Shown: positions 27,627 through 36,697 of the stretch, piece after piece | How the letters are laid out: each line of letters begins with the position of its first letter | How positions within the stretch are numbered: position 1 is the stretch's first letter | DNA from: Gemmatimonadaceae bacterium | GTDB lineage: Bacteria > Gemmatimonadota > Gemmatimonadetes > Gemmatimonadales > Gemmatimonadaceae | Assembly: GCA_045803545.1 (NCBI GenBank) | Contig: JBJMOW010000005.1 | Span: forward strand, 736,001 to 800,000 | Direction: 5' to 3' | Length of the DNA: 64,000 bases | Notes under the pieces: model-generated | Seen by the model: the letters and a program-made list of their open reading frames with translations, nothing else | Told to the model about the DNA's origin: nothing | The model's database searches: none | Position numbers and translations under genes: made by a program

Positions 27627-28675
27627 TACTTGAGACTCCCGAGGTATGCGAGCAGCGCCTGCAGCGCCTGCGGATCCAGTTGCGTAGGCGGCATCTTCAC
27701 ACCGGGCTTGATTGACTGCGGATCGAGAATCCATCCGGCGAGATTGCCGGTCGTGAGCGGGAGGGTGCCGGCCGCGATCGTCCGCCGGCTGGCGAGATGG
27801 GTGAGATCGGGTCCGATGTTGCCACCCGCGCCAGTACCGCCAATCGTGTGACACATCGCGCAGGGCCCGCTCAAAAAAACACGCTCACCGGTCTGTGTCA
27901 GCGAGTCGGTCGGCTTCGGTGCCGGCCCCCGCTGTTGATCGAGCCAGTGCTCGAAATCGATACGCGGCTCGGCGACGATGTAGAACGCCATCTTCGCGTG
28001 CTGATAGCCGCAGAACTCGGCGCATTGCCCACGGTAAACGCCGGCCGTGTCGGCTCGGAACCAGGTGATGGTCTCATGTCCTGGAATGAGATCTTTTTTT
28101 CCAGAAAGATTCGGCGCCCAGAAGCTGTGGATGACATCTGTCGATCTCATCTTCAGCAGCACCGAACGGCCAACTGGAACATGGATCTCGTTCGCTGTCT
28201 TCACCTGGTTTTGCGGAACAGGGTCGTCGTAATTGACTTCCCACCACCACTGGTGCCCGACGATATCAATCCGTAACGGCTTGTCCCCGCGAATTGTCGC
28301 CACCGCACTACCAGTGGATACGCTCAGCACAAGAGACGCGAGGAGAATGATGGCGGTGGCGCTGGCCCCGATGATGACGCCCCGCTTCATCACCGCCGCT
28401 TGATCCGGATTCTCGTGATACTGATGCTCGTCGATGAAGGGCCCGCGCGTCGACGCGCGCCACAGCGCGTAGACGAGCGCGCTGATGACGACGATGTAGA
28501 CGACGGTCGCGATGCTCGTCAGCGTCCAGTGGAGCCTCGCGACGTCAGCCGCTCTCGGGCCTTTCGGATCGAGTACTGACTGAAATCCGGAGCAGGCGAC
28601 CAGTGCCCACGGAAGAACACACAACGCAAATCGTGCTGCCGGCTTCAGCTGCACGCGACTGCGCGTAGCCATCAT
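27626..28675 (-). CDS. ctaC: Cytochrome c oxidase subunit II with fused cytochrome c (caa3 type)
   Basis: Lipobox LVAC, QWWW, DVIHSFW, CuA motif CAEFCGYQHAKM, and C-terminal CAMCH. Confidence 0.95.
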   Translation of the reverse strand: MMATRSRVQLKPAARFALCVLPWALVACSGFQSVLDPKGPRAADVARLHWTLTSIATVVYIVVISALVYALWRASTRGPFIDEHQYHENPDQAAVMKRGVIIGASATAIILLASLVLSVSTGSAVATIRGDKPLRIDIVGHQWWWEVNYDDPVPQNQVKTANEIHVPVGRSVLLKMRSTDVIHSFWAPNLSGKKDLIPGHETITWFRADTAGVYRGQCAEFCGYQHAKMAFYIVAEPRIDFEHWLDQQRGPAPKPTDSLTQTGERVFLSGPCAMCHTIGGTGAGGNIGPDLTHLASRRTIAAGTLPLTTGNLAGWILDPQSIKPGVKMPPTQLDPQALQALLAYLGSLK

Positions 28676-29229
28676 TGTTTGACTGACGTCGGCGGGACGA
28701 AGGTTGGGGATGGATGACCCTTGTCGCGCGCCTGTTCCGATTCCTTGTACATCATATGATCGTCGCGTGTAGTGCGCACGGCCTTACCCTGCAAGCCGCC
28801 GAGTGCCCGCACGTAAGCCGCCAACTGCCAAACCTGATAGTTGGGGATTTTGCCGCGGAACGAGGGCATGCCGTTGGGGCGACCTTCGACGATAGTGGAG
28901 AAAATGTTTTGCGGATCGCTACCATAGATCCACTCGTCGTCGGTCAACGGCGGGCCAATCCCCCCGCCGCCGTGTGAATGGCATCCCGAGCAGTTCATCT
29001 GATCGAACAACCGCTTCCCCTCCGCGACGGCGTACGCGTTGTCTTCGTACGGATTTCTCATTCCGGTCTCGACCACGGCTGGTCCCGGCTGCAACGTGCT
29101 CATTACGATCGTGTTCGACGCGGTCGCTGACGGTGGAGTTTCCCTGAAGCGGCGCTGCTCACGCTTGCAGGCAGTCAGCGTGATGCCTGCAATGATCACA
29201 ACGCCCATCCGTGCGGAGATCTTGATCAC
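28672..29229 (-). CDS. Monoheme cytochrome c lipoprotein (XoxG/cytochrome cL functional position)
   Basis: Lipobox LTAC, CSGCH, GPPL.D..WIYG, GMPSF. Located between the xoxJ-like gene and oxidase subunit II. Confidence 0.88.
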   Translation of the reverse strand: MIKISARMGVVIIAGITLTACKREQRRFRETPPSATASNTIVMSTLQPGPAVVETGMRNPYEDNAYAVAEGKRLFDQMNCSGCHSHGGGGIGPPLTDDEWIYGSDPQNIFSTIVEGRPNGMPSFRGKIPNYQVWQLAAYVRALGGLQGKAVRTTRDDHMMYKESEQARDKGHPSPTFVPPTSVKQ

Positions 29230-30071
29230 GTTGAGGAATCCTCTCGGTCGATATCGACCCGCGGGACCGCATAGTCAGTGAGAATGCGGTCGATGTCCGA
29301 TCTCCGTCGCTCGATAATCCCATTCAGCTGCTCCCGCAGCGCGTCATTGCCGCGGCGAACACCCATCGAGATGTCGAACACGAATGGCAGGAAAGGAAGA
29401 TCGATTTGCGGCGACACCGGCCGCACGTCGAGTTGCACTGGCTCTCGCTGCGCGAAGTAACCGGCCAACGGACCCCAGGCGACGGCGACGTCGACATCTC
29501 CATTCGCTACTGCGTCGATGATCCGGGCGGGCGGATTCGGTCGGCGATAATCCGAGTAGACGCTGTAGCCTTTGACGTTATTGATGATTCCGCGATTGGA
29601 GAGCGCGTGAGCCGGCGGTGTGTTTATCCCATCATCTCCGATCAGCTGCACACCAACGCGCAGCTTCTTTAGCTGCGGATCGTCGAACGACGAAATTCTG
29701 AGCTGGCGATCGCGCCGGGTGACGAACACGTACGTCGACCTGTAGTAGGGTATGGTAGGCCGAGTGCGCTCGAAGCTCGCTGGCACTCCGATCAACAAGT
29801 CACATCGATTCTGATTGATGGTGTTGCGGACGAACCCACGATGTTGCGCCCACCAGACGTAACTCAGCTTCGCCCCCATGTCGCGCGCGACAAGCTCGGC
29901 GATGCGGTTCTCGAATCCCTGCTGTTTGTCGTTGGAGAACGGCAAGTTGTTGGGGTCTGCGCAAACTCTTAGTTGGCCAACGCTCGAGTTGTCCGCTGGA
30001 CCGTAAGCAGATACGAGCGTCGCCATGATCGAGGCGAGCAGCACTGCGGCAACCGCTTTCGGTGTGCGCAT
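29226..30071 (-). CDS. xoxJ: XoxJ/MoxJ-family periplasmic binding protein
   Basis: LRVCADPNNLPFS...GFENRIAEL, RGFVRNT...CD, PYYRSTYVFV and WGPLAGYFA motifs. Directly follows the dehydrogenase gene. Confidence 0.88.
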   Translation of the reverse strand: MRTPKAVAAVLLASIMATLVSAYGPADNSSVGQLRVCADPNNLPFSNDKQQGFENRIAELVARDMGAKLSYVWWAQHRGFVRNTINQNRCDLLIGVPASFERTRPTIPYYRSTYVFVTRRDRQLRISSFDDPQLKKLRVGVQLIGDDGINTPPAHALSNRGIINNVKGYSVYSDYRRPNPPARIIDAVANGDVDVAVAWGPLAGYFAQREPVQLDVRPVSPQIDLPFLPFVFDISMGVRRGNDALREQLNGIIERRRSDIDRILTDYAVPRVDIDREDSST

Positions 30072-30072
30072 T

Positions 30073-31950
30073 TTACCGAAGCGAGAAGACATACAGTGTA
30101 CCGCCCTTATTGGTGGCGCTTGGCAGGTCCGCCATCACGTTGGTGAAGCCAAGCGCGGCTGAGGAGTCGCGCGGATCGATTCCGCCGGCGACGATCGCTC
30201 CTGACCAACCTCCCACCCCCGACAGAATCGCGATGTATTGCGTGCCGTCCGGGCCGCGATAAGAAATCGGTTGGCCGATAATGCCGGAGCCGGTCTTGAA
30301 CTTCCAAAGCTCCTGACCCGACTTCGCGTCGATCGCCTTGAACCAGCCTTCCATCGTTCCGTAGAACACGACGTTGCCGGCTGTGGCGAGTGCTCCGCTC
30401 CACACCGGGAAATTCTCGTTGATGCGCCAGACGAGCTTCCGCGCGACTGGATCCCACGCGTCGAAGAATCCACGATTGCCGCCTGGCCCGGGCGTCATCT
30501 TGACGTTCATCCCGACGAACGGCGTGCCCGCGATGTAGTTCGCTTCCACCGACTCGGCGTCCTGACAGAGATTCTGGTGCGGGATATAAATGAGTCCGGT
30601 AACAGGCGAGAATGCCGACGGCTGCCAGTCTTTTGCGCCTGGCGATGCAGGACAGGCGTTGCGAACGACCTCTCCGATGTGCGGATCTTTTTCCTCGTTC
30701 GGCTCCAGCCGACCCGACGAGAGATTGACACCCTTCGAGGTATTGATGTATCCGAACGGATCGGCTGAGAGTACCTGACCATTCGTACGGTCTATCATGT
30801 AGACATAACCGTTACGGTCAGGATGAATGAGCACTTTCCGGGTCTGACCATTTACTGGCATGTCGAGGAGAATGTTCTCGTTGACGCCGTCGTAGTCGTG
30901 AAGATCGTGGGGCGTCATCTGATACGCCCACACCGCTTCGCCGTTGTCGGGATCGCGCGCAAAAATGGTCGACGCCCACTTGTTGTCGCCGGGGCGCTGA
31001 TCAGGATTCCATGGGCCGGGATTGGCGGTGCCGTAGTAGATCAGATTGAGGTCAGGATCGTAGGAGATCCAACCCCACGCCCCTGCTCCGCCGATTTTCC
31101 AGGTGTCGCCGGGCCAGGACTGCACGCCGAGATTCGGTTTTCGGTCCGCGGCATAGAACGGCTTGAAGCGTGATCCGATCAACACGGCCGAATCCGGGCC
31201 CGTGTGATATGCGCGCCAGGCGATTTTCCCGGTCGCGAGATCGAGTGCGGTCACCCAGCCGCGAATTCCGAATTCGCCACCGCTGTTGCCGATGATCACT
31301 TTGTTTTTCACGATCAGCGGCGCCATGGTGAGGCTCTCGCCTAGGTTGATCTCACCGACCTTGGTGCGCCACAGCTCCGCGCCAGAGTTGGCATCCACTG
31401 CAACGGTCTGATTGTCGAGCGTGTTGTAGACAATCTTGCCGTCAGCGTACGACGCGCCGCGATTGACGACGTCGCAGCACGCCACGCCTTGAGCTGCTGC
31501 GAGGGTTCGCGGCTTGTACACCCACTTCATTGGGGCGCCGGGTTTCGTCAGATCGAGCGCGTACAAATAATTCGGGAACGGCGTCACGATATACATCGTG
31601 TTGTTCACGACCAGCGGCGCCGCTTCCTGACCGCGGAGAATGCCTGTCTCGAAAGTCCACGCGAGATGCAGGTTCTTGACGTTGTCGGTGTTTATCTCAT
31701 TGAGACCGCTGAAGCGGGTGCTCGCATAGTTCTTGGCGGGCATCATCCACTGCCCGTCTTCAGTCTGCTGTGCGGGTGCACCGCCGTTTGTGCGACCGGC
31801 GGCCGGCGTCTGGACCGGAGCTGCAGGTGCGTGGCCCGTTTCGTTGGGAGTCTTTGTACTCGAGCACGCTGCGAGCATGGCGATTACCGCCGCGCATTCC
31901 AGGGCGCTACGTCCCGAGCTCAATTTGGCGAGCATACGGCCTCGCGACAT
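30073..31950 (-). CDS. xoxF: PQQ-dependent methanol/ethanol-family dehydrogenase with lanthanide-type DxD motif (XoxF-like, probably XoxF3)
   Basis: ACCDVVNRG vicinal Cys pair, GNSGGEFG, NPGPWN, HDLHDYDGVNE, RNGY and W-repeats. GAGGAGG precedes ATG 31950, followed by an LAAC lipobox. Confidence 0.9.
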   Translation of the reverse strand: MSRGRMLAKLSSGRSALECAAVIAMLAACSSTKTPNETGHAPAAPVQTPAAGRTNGGAPAQQTEDGQWMMPAKNYASTRFSGLNEINTDNVKNLHLAWTFETGILRGQEAAPLVVNNTMYIVTPFPNYLYALDLTKPGAPMKWVYKPRTLAAAQGVACCDVVNRGASYADGKIVYNTLDNQTVAVDANSGAELWRTKVGEINLGESLTMAPLIVKNKVIIGNSGGEFGIRGWVTALDLATGKIAWRAYHTGPDSAVLIGSRFKPFYAADRKPNLGVQSWPGDTWKIGGAGAWGWISYDPDLNLIYYGTANPGPWNPDQRPGDNKWASTIFARDPDNGEAVWAYQMTPHDLHDYDGVNENILLDMPVNGQTRKVLIHPDRNGYVYMIDRTNGQVLSADPFGYINTSKGVNLSSGRLEPNEEKDPHIGEVVRNACPASPGAKDWQPSAFSPVTGLIYIPHQNLCQDAESVEANYIAGTPFVGMNVKMTPGPGGNRGFFDAWDPVARKLVWRINENFPVWSGALATAGNVVFYGTMEGWFKAIDAKSGQELWKFKTGSGIIGQPISYRGPDGTQYIAILSGVGGWSGAIVAGGIDPRDSSAALGFTNVMADLPSATNKGGTLYVFSLR

Positions 31951-32040
31951 TGGCCTCCTCATGAAGCGTCGCTGATGGCGCATTACAATTGCATTCATCG
32001 TCATCGCACGAGTGCAGTAGATCCCGGCATCGCGAGGCAT

Positions 32041-32081
32041 TGCAGAAAGTATTCCCATGATGTCTGTATTTATCGTACAGA
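32041..32081. promoter_or_regulatory. Candidate operator palindrome and possible sigma54-type promoter for the xoxF operon
   Basis: TCTGTA-N7-TACAGA at 32063-32081. The minus strand reads TGGGAATACTTTCTGCA (GG-N10-GC) at 32057-32041. Confidence 0.3.
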
Positions 32082-32129
32082 TGACTCGCTTACGCGTCAC
32101 GCATTCGTTCCGCGAGAGAAAGAACTTCT

Positions 32130-33038
32130 GTGTACGCAACACGACAAAACTTCATCGCGCTTTTCTGGCTCTTCTCGCTCGTTGCATTCGAAGCGGCCAA
32201 GCTCACTGCGCAAACGAATCTCACACTGCGAGTTGGCCTCGTTACCAGGGCTAACCCGGTGCCGAGCGCTGCCTCCATTGCGCGCGGGGTACAGCTGGGA
32301 GCCGCGGAAGCAGAGAAGACCGCTACTCTGTTTGGTGGCAGCGTTTTGTTGTTCGAAGAATCGGTGACGAGTAGGGCCGAGGCTGCCGCGGCCAGGTTGT
32401 TATCGCAACGTAAGGTTCAGTTGCTCGTTGGATCGTCCGCGCAAGACGCCGAGGCGCTCTCACGATTTGCGGAAACGCACGGATTGATTTTCTTCAACGC
32501 GGCATCGCGGTCGTCCGCACTGCGCGTGTCGTGCCGTCGTCACACCTTTAACGTCGAGGCGAGCGACTCGATGTACTCCAGCGCGCTCCGCCGACGCACC
32601 ACGCCCGGTGTGGCCGATTCAGCCGTTCTGTGGGCGGCATCGCTCGAGAAATATGGAGCCAGCCAAGTCAACGAGCGTTTTCGCAACAGGTACAAGCTGC
32701 CAATGGATGGCAGCGCGTGGGCAGGCTGGATTGCGGTGAAAATTGCTGCGGAAGCGGCTCTGCGCGCGCGGTCGGCGCGTCCTGCCGACCTGCTCGCATA
32801 TCTCGAGGCTTCGTCGACGTCCTTCGACGGCCACAAAGGCTGGCCACTCAGCTTTCGATCGGTCGATCACCAACTGAGGCAACCTTTATATGTAGTCGCG
32901 CGCTTGCCTCGCGGGTCGTTGCCCAGAATTCAGGAGACACCGCAACTGAGCGCGCTCGGTGCCGCGGGCGCGACCGCCAACCAGTTGCTCGACCAACTCA
33001 TGCCGCAAGCATCGAGTTGTAGGCAGAATCGGATATGA
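32130..33038 (+). CDS. Periplasmic binding protein of the type associated with PQQ-dependent alcohol dehydrogenase systems
   Basis: GVQLGAAEA, EKYGASQVNERF, WAGWIAVK and FDGHKG.PLSFR..DHQLRQP resemble the PQQ-system ABC binding family. Confidence 0.78.
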   Translation: MYATRQNFIALFWLFSLVAFEAAKLTAQTNLTLRVGLVTRANPVPSAASIARGVQLGAAEAEKTATLFGGSVLLFEESVTSRAEAAAARLLSQRKVQLLVGSSAQDAEALSRFAETHGLIFFNAASRSSALRVSCRRHTFNVEASDSMYSSALRRRTTPGVADSAVLWAASLEKYGASQVNERFRNRYKLPMDGSAWAGWIAVKIAAEAALRARSARPADLLAYLEASSTSFDGHKGWPLSFRSVDHQLRQPLYVVARLPRGSLPRIQETPQLSALGAAGATANQLLDQLMPQASSCRQNRI

Positions 33039-34018
33039 GCAAGGTCACGTCATGCCTCGCCGGCGTCGTCGCATGCCTTCTGGTTTCCCCGCCGATGTCG
33101 GCGCAAGCACTGATCGCCGTCAGCAACGAGCTCGGACATACTGTCACGCTGATAGATGCCGGGAGTCTCAGAGTCGTGCGCACGATCGGGCTTCCACAGC
33201 GGCCGCGCGGAATAGCGTTCGCGCCGGGCGGCAAGCAGATATTCGTGGCGCTCAGCGATCCGGATATCAGGAGACGAGGCGGCGGTGACGCCATCGCTGC
33301 CATCGATGTCCAGCGCAACACGATCACTGCTCTGTTCCCCGCGGGCAGCGATCCTGAGCGCTTTGCCATAACTCCGGACGGCAAGCGCATGTACTCGGCC
33401 AACGAAGACGGCAACTCAGCGACTGCGACCGATATCGCGTCGCGCAAGGAGATCGCAAGCCTCGTGGTAGGCATTGAGCCTGAGGGCGTAGGCATTACAC
33501 CCGACGGACGGTGGTGCTACGTGACAGCTGAGACCAGCAACAGCGTGTCGGTAATCGACATCCGCGCCAACAAGGTCGTAGCGAATTTTCTCGTCGACGT
33601 GCGGCCGCGCGCCGTTGCCTTCTCCCCGGATGGAAAGCGCGCTTACGTAACCGCAGAAATCGGCGGTACTCTCTCGGTGATCGACACCCGGACACATACG
33701 ATCGCGAAGACAATCCCGCTCGAGAATCGGCAAGGGAAGCCAGTAGGCGTCGCGGTGTCTCCGGACGGCAGATGGATCTACGTCGCGAATGGAAACGCGG
33801 GCGTCGTATCGGTCGTGGATGCGACGCGTAACGCAGTGGTCGGTCGAATAGCAGTTGGAAAGCGACCATGGGGGATAGCGGTGTCGACAGACGGACGCAC
33901 CATCTACACCGCGGACGGGCTGTCCGATACGATGAGCGTGATCGACGCTGCAGCCCGGCGTGTCACTGCCACGGTGAAAGTGGGACGACAGCCGTGGGGG
34001 GTCGCGGTCTCGCCATAA
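33035..34018 (+). CDS. YVTN beta-propeller protein, PQQ-catabolism-associated type
   Basis: Seven repeats of the V.VID.....VG..P.G....PDG type; RPRGI, DPERF, YSANED and EPEG...VTAE motifs. ATGA overlap with the upstream gene. Confidence 0.85.
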   Translation: MSKVTSCLAGVVACLLVSPPMSAQALIAVSNELGHTVTLIDAGSLRVVRTIGLPQRPRGIAFAPGGKQIFVALSDPDIRRRGGGDAIAAIDVQRNTITALFPAGSDPERFAITPDGKRMYSANEDGNSATATDIASRKEIASLVVGIEPEGVGITPDGRWCYVTAETSNSVSVIDIRANKVVANFLVDVRPRAVAFSPDGKRAYVTAEIGGTLSVIDTRTHTIAKTIPLENRQGKPVGVAVSPDGRWIYVANGNAGVVSVVDATRNAVVGRIAVGKRPWGIAVSTDGRTIYTADGLSDTMSVIDAAARRVTATVKVGRQPWGVAVSP

Positions 34019-34020
34019 GA

Positions 34021-34049
34021 AAAAGGGCGCTCGATTCGAGCGCCCTTTT
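34021..34049. terminator. Bidirectional intrinsic terminator
   Basis: AAAAGGGCGCTCGA-T-TCGAGCGCCCTTTT between convergent genes. Confidence 0.85.
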
Positions 34050-34068
34050 GTGTTAAGCCAACCTCAGT

Positions 34069-34923
34069 TTACTGTCGACGCAGCTCGATGCTGCCGTTGA
34101 CACTGCTTGCGCGAATGTCGCGACCGCCGCCGTTCCCGATCGTACCGGAAGCATGGCGCGGTCCCCAGCGTCCCGACATCGTCATCGGAAAGTCGCTGTC
34201 GATGCCACCATGAACGGTGTCGAACCGGAAGTTCGCGTCGAAACGGGCGGGAACGTAGATCGAAACAGATCCGTTCACGGTCTTGAAGGTCATGTCGTCG
34301 TTACCCTGCAGCGCGGTCATGCGCGCATCGACGTTGCCGTTGACCGTCTCAGCGCTGACTGGCCCGTTCGCGGTCGAAACGTCGACGCCACCGTTCACCG
34401 TGTGCGCTACCACCGGCCCGGCGCTGTTGCGCACGTTCACACCGCCGTTGACTGACTCGGCGCGGACCTGCGCGCCAACATCACTGACTGACACGCCGCC
34501 GTTCACAGAGTGTGCGCCGACTCTGACAGTCCGCGGCACACGCACCGTGATCTTCACCGAGGTGTGGTTTTCGTTATTGCTCCGGTTGTGGAGATTCTCG
34601 ACGCCACCGTCTTCACAACGCGCGTTGTCGTTCCAGATCGCGCAGATCGTGACATTGCCGCCCGACTGCACGACTTCATAGTGAATGTCGTCCTGGTCGC
34701 GCCCGTCACGAGTTCTTTTCTCCGCTACCAGATGCACCTGGCCGTCGTCACTCGGCATAAAATCCACCGAGCCATTGACGTTGAACACGTGCATCCAACG
34801 TCCCGCTTCTACCCGGCCATCCCAGCGCCAGGTGTTCGAATCGCGTCCGTATTGCTGCTGGGCGCCTATGGCCGGCGCTACGAGGAGCAAGGCGAGAACC
34901 GCGCTCAGTCTCATCCCTTTCAT
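34069..34923 (-). CDS. Secreted DUF4097-family beta-strand repeat protein
   Basis: Signal peptide and repeated (S/T)VNG(G/S/N)V motifs. Confidence 0.82.
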   Translation of the reverse strand: MKGMRLSAVLALLLVAPAIGAQQQYGRDSNTWRWDGRVEAGRWMHVFNVNGSVDFMPSDDGQVHLVAEKRTRDGRDQDDIHYEVVQSGGNVTICAIWNDNARCEDGGVENLHNRSNNENHTSVKITVRVPRTVRVGAHSVNGGVSVSDVGAQVRAESVNGGVNVRNSAGPVVAHTVNGGVDVSTANGPVSAETVNGNVDARMTALQGNDDMTFKTVNGSVSIYVPARFDANFRFDTVHGGIDSDFPMTMSGRWGPRHASGTIGNGGGRDIRASSVNGSIELRRQ

Positions 34924-35867
34924 TCTTCTTCTCTCCGGGTGGAGTCTCCGTTATTGATTACAATGCGCCCGCTGAATGTCGTCGCTGTAACCCTCGCCCT
35001 GCCATCGCCAAGCGTGAACTCCATGTGCCCTTCACTGCGTCGCGGACGCGCTGGAATGGTCACCGGGAAGCTCGTGCTGACGTCACCGCTGAAGGTGTCG
35101 ACGCTGAAGGAAGCGCCAGCATCCTTCGGAATGTCCATCCGTATGGTCCCCGAGTGCGACTCGAATCCATATCGGCCGGACGGTTCGATGGTTCCTACAT
35201 ATATGATGTCGCCACTGACCGTTTCGGTTTTAACATCGCGCGACTTGATTCCCGTCAGCCTGATCGTTCCGCTGACCGAGCTCGCTTCGACGTTCCCCGA
35301 CACGTTCTCGGCTCTCAGGTCGCCACTCACCGTCTCAGCTCGCAGGTTGCCGTTCACGTTGAACGCGTGCGCGGATCCGGACACAGATTCCACACTGGCG
35401 TTGCGCAGCGCATCGGAGATTTCCGCGTCGCCACTCACGCTCGTCGCCTCGACCTCGCCTTGTGATCCCTTGGCACTGACATCGCCCGAAACAGCTTCGA
35501 GAATCAGCCGAACGCCACGCGGAACCGAGACATCGTATTGAGCCTCGCCGACGTTGCCATGACCGTGACGACCGCGACGGCCGCCTTCATCGTCGACGCC
35601 CAACGTTATTCTCGAGGAATTGGCGCTCAGATCGAGATAACCGCTCTCGATCGACGCTTTGATATGGACATCGGGCCGATCCCAGCCGACGACGCGAATG
35701 CGGCCCGAGATGAGTGAAAGATCGACGGCGCCACCGCGGTCCAGACGCAGCGTCGTATCGATCTGCGTGAATTGTTCCTCGTCCTGGGCGCACGCCGAGC
35801 TCGGAGCGGCCCACACCAGAAGCGCGACGGCAAACCCCGTAAGCTTGAGTGAAGTAGTCATTGTCAT
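34920..35867 (-). CDS. Secreted DUF4097-family beta-strand repeat protein
   Basis: Signal peptide and repeated (S/T)VSG(D/T) motifs. Confidence 0.82.
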   Translation of the reverse strand: MTMTTSLKLTGFAVALLVWAAPSSACAQDEEQFTQIDTTLRLDRGGAVDLSLISGRIRVVGWDRPDVHIKASIESGYLDLSANSSRITLGVDDEGGRRGRHGHGNVGEAQYDVSVPRGVRLILEAVSGDVSAKGSQGEVEATSVSGDAEISDALRNASVESVSGSAHAFNVNGNLRAETVSGDLRAENVSGNVEASSVSGTIRLTGIKSRDVKTETVSGDIIYVGTIEPSGRYGFESHSGTIRMDIPKDAGASFSVDTFSGDVSTSFPVTIPARPRRSEGHMEFTLGDGRARVTATTFSGRIVINNGDSTRREEE

Positions 35868-36697
35868 GTATTGACCGGCAGCATTGCTGCGCGGCGGAGA
35901 AGCTCGACTTTCTGGTCGAGCGCATGAGTCAGTTGGTCAGTGAGAAGTCTGCTGGCAGGATCATGAGCCAACGCGGCTTTGCTCTGCTCGATGGCGAGGT
36001 CGATGATCTGTAGATTTCTCTCGATGATCGCGACCGTTGTGGAATCGAGCTGAGTTTTCCGGTCAGTTACGATCCGCTGCAGCATGTCGATTTCCCTGCT
36101 GTAAACGGCTTCCGATGGAACTCCCGGGTCGTTCACCAGGCGAAGAGTCGCATCGCTTTGTGTCCCGACGCTGTTTCGGCTGGAGCTACCAGTCCTGGCA
36201 GCGGACGTTGCAGGCTGCGATGCCTCGGAAGGAGTCTGCGTCACCGCAACCTGCGGAGTGGAGGAATCGCCCTGATTGGGCTGATTCACCTTCGCAGCGG
36301 ATGCGGATGGAATTGGAGCGGCTGCAACGGTGCCCCGGAATGAGCGGGCGGTAAGGATGTATGTAATGCCGGCGGTGCTGACGATGAGAGCCGCGGCCGC
36401 GATCCCCATCCAAGTCGGCGCAAAGCGCCGTGGGCGCTCCGGCCGCGTCGCAAGCGGAATAACCGGCGCCGCGATACGAGTTTCGATTCCCTGCCACAGA
36501 TCACGCGATGGCGCCAGATCGGGAAGCTTGCCCGCCTCCGCCTCGATGTTGCGGAGATCCCTCGCCAGGCCGGTGCAACGCACACACTCTCTCAAGTGCC
36601 CTTCGACTGCTGGACGTAGCGATCCCTCAAGCATGCCCTCGAGATAATCCGGGAGCGCCTCGTCGAACGCTGCGCAGGTCATGTTGGAGTTTGTCAT
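35864..36697 (-). CDS. Zinc-finger (ZAS / zf-HC2) anti-sigma factor
   Basis: C...HLRECVRC motif and a single TM helix. ATGA-coupled to the ECF sigma gene. Confidence 0.87.
   Translation of the reverse strand: MTNSNMTCAAFDEALPDYLEGMLEGSLRPAVEGHLRECVRCTGLARDLRNIEAEAGKLPDLAPSRDLWQGIETRIAAPVIPLATRPERPRRFAPTWMGIAAAALIVSTAGITYILTARSFRGTVAAAPIPSASAAKVNQPNQGDSSTPQVAVTQTPSEASQPATSAARTGSSSRNSVGTQSDATLRLVNDPGVPSEAVYSREIDMLQRIVTDRKTQLDSTTVAIIERNLQIIDLAIEQSKAALAHDPASRLLTDQLTHALDQKVELLRRAAMLPVNT

Noticed and set aside
30073..31950. Evidence of methylotrophic growth
   Set aside because: No formaldehyde oxidation or C1 assimilation genes are in the window, and the enzyme's substrate is untested.
34510..35541. 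343-aa plus-strand ORF
   Set aside because: Antisense to the two repetitive DUF4097 genes.
33035..35867. Periodic sequence suggesting a CRISPR or tandem repeat array
   Set aside because: The periodicity is explained by protein-level YVTN and DUF4097 repeats. There are no identical DNA repeats with spacers and no cas genes.
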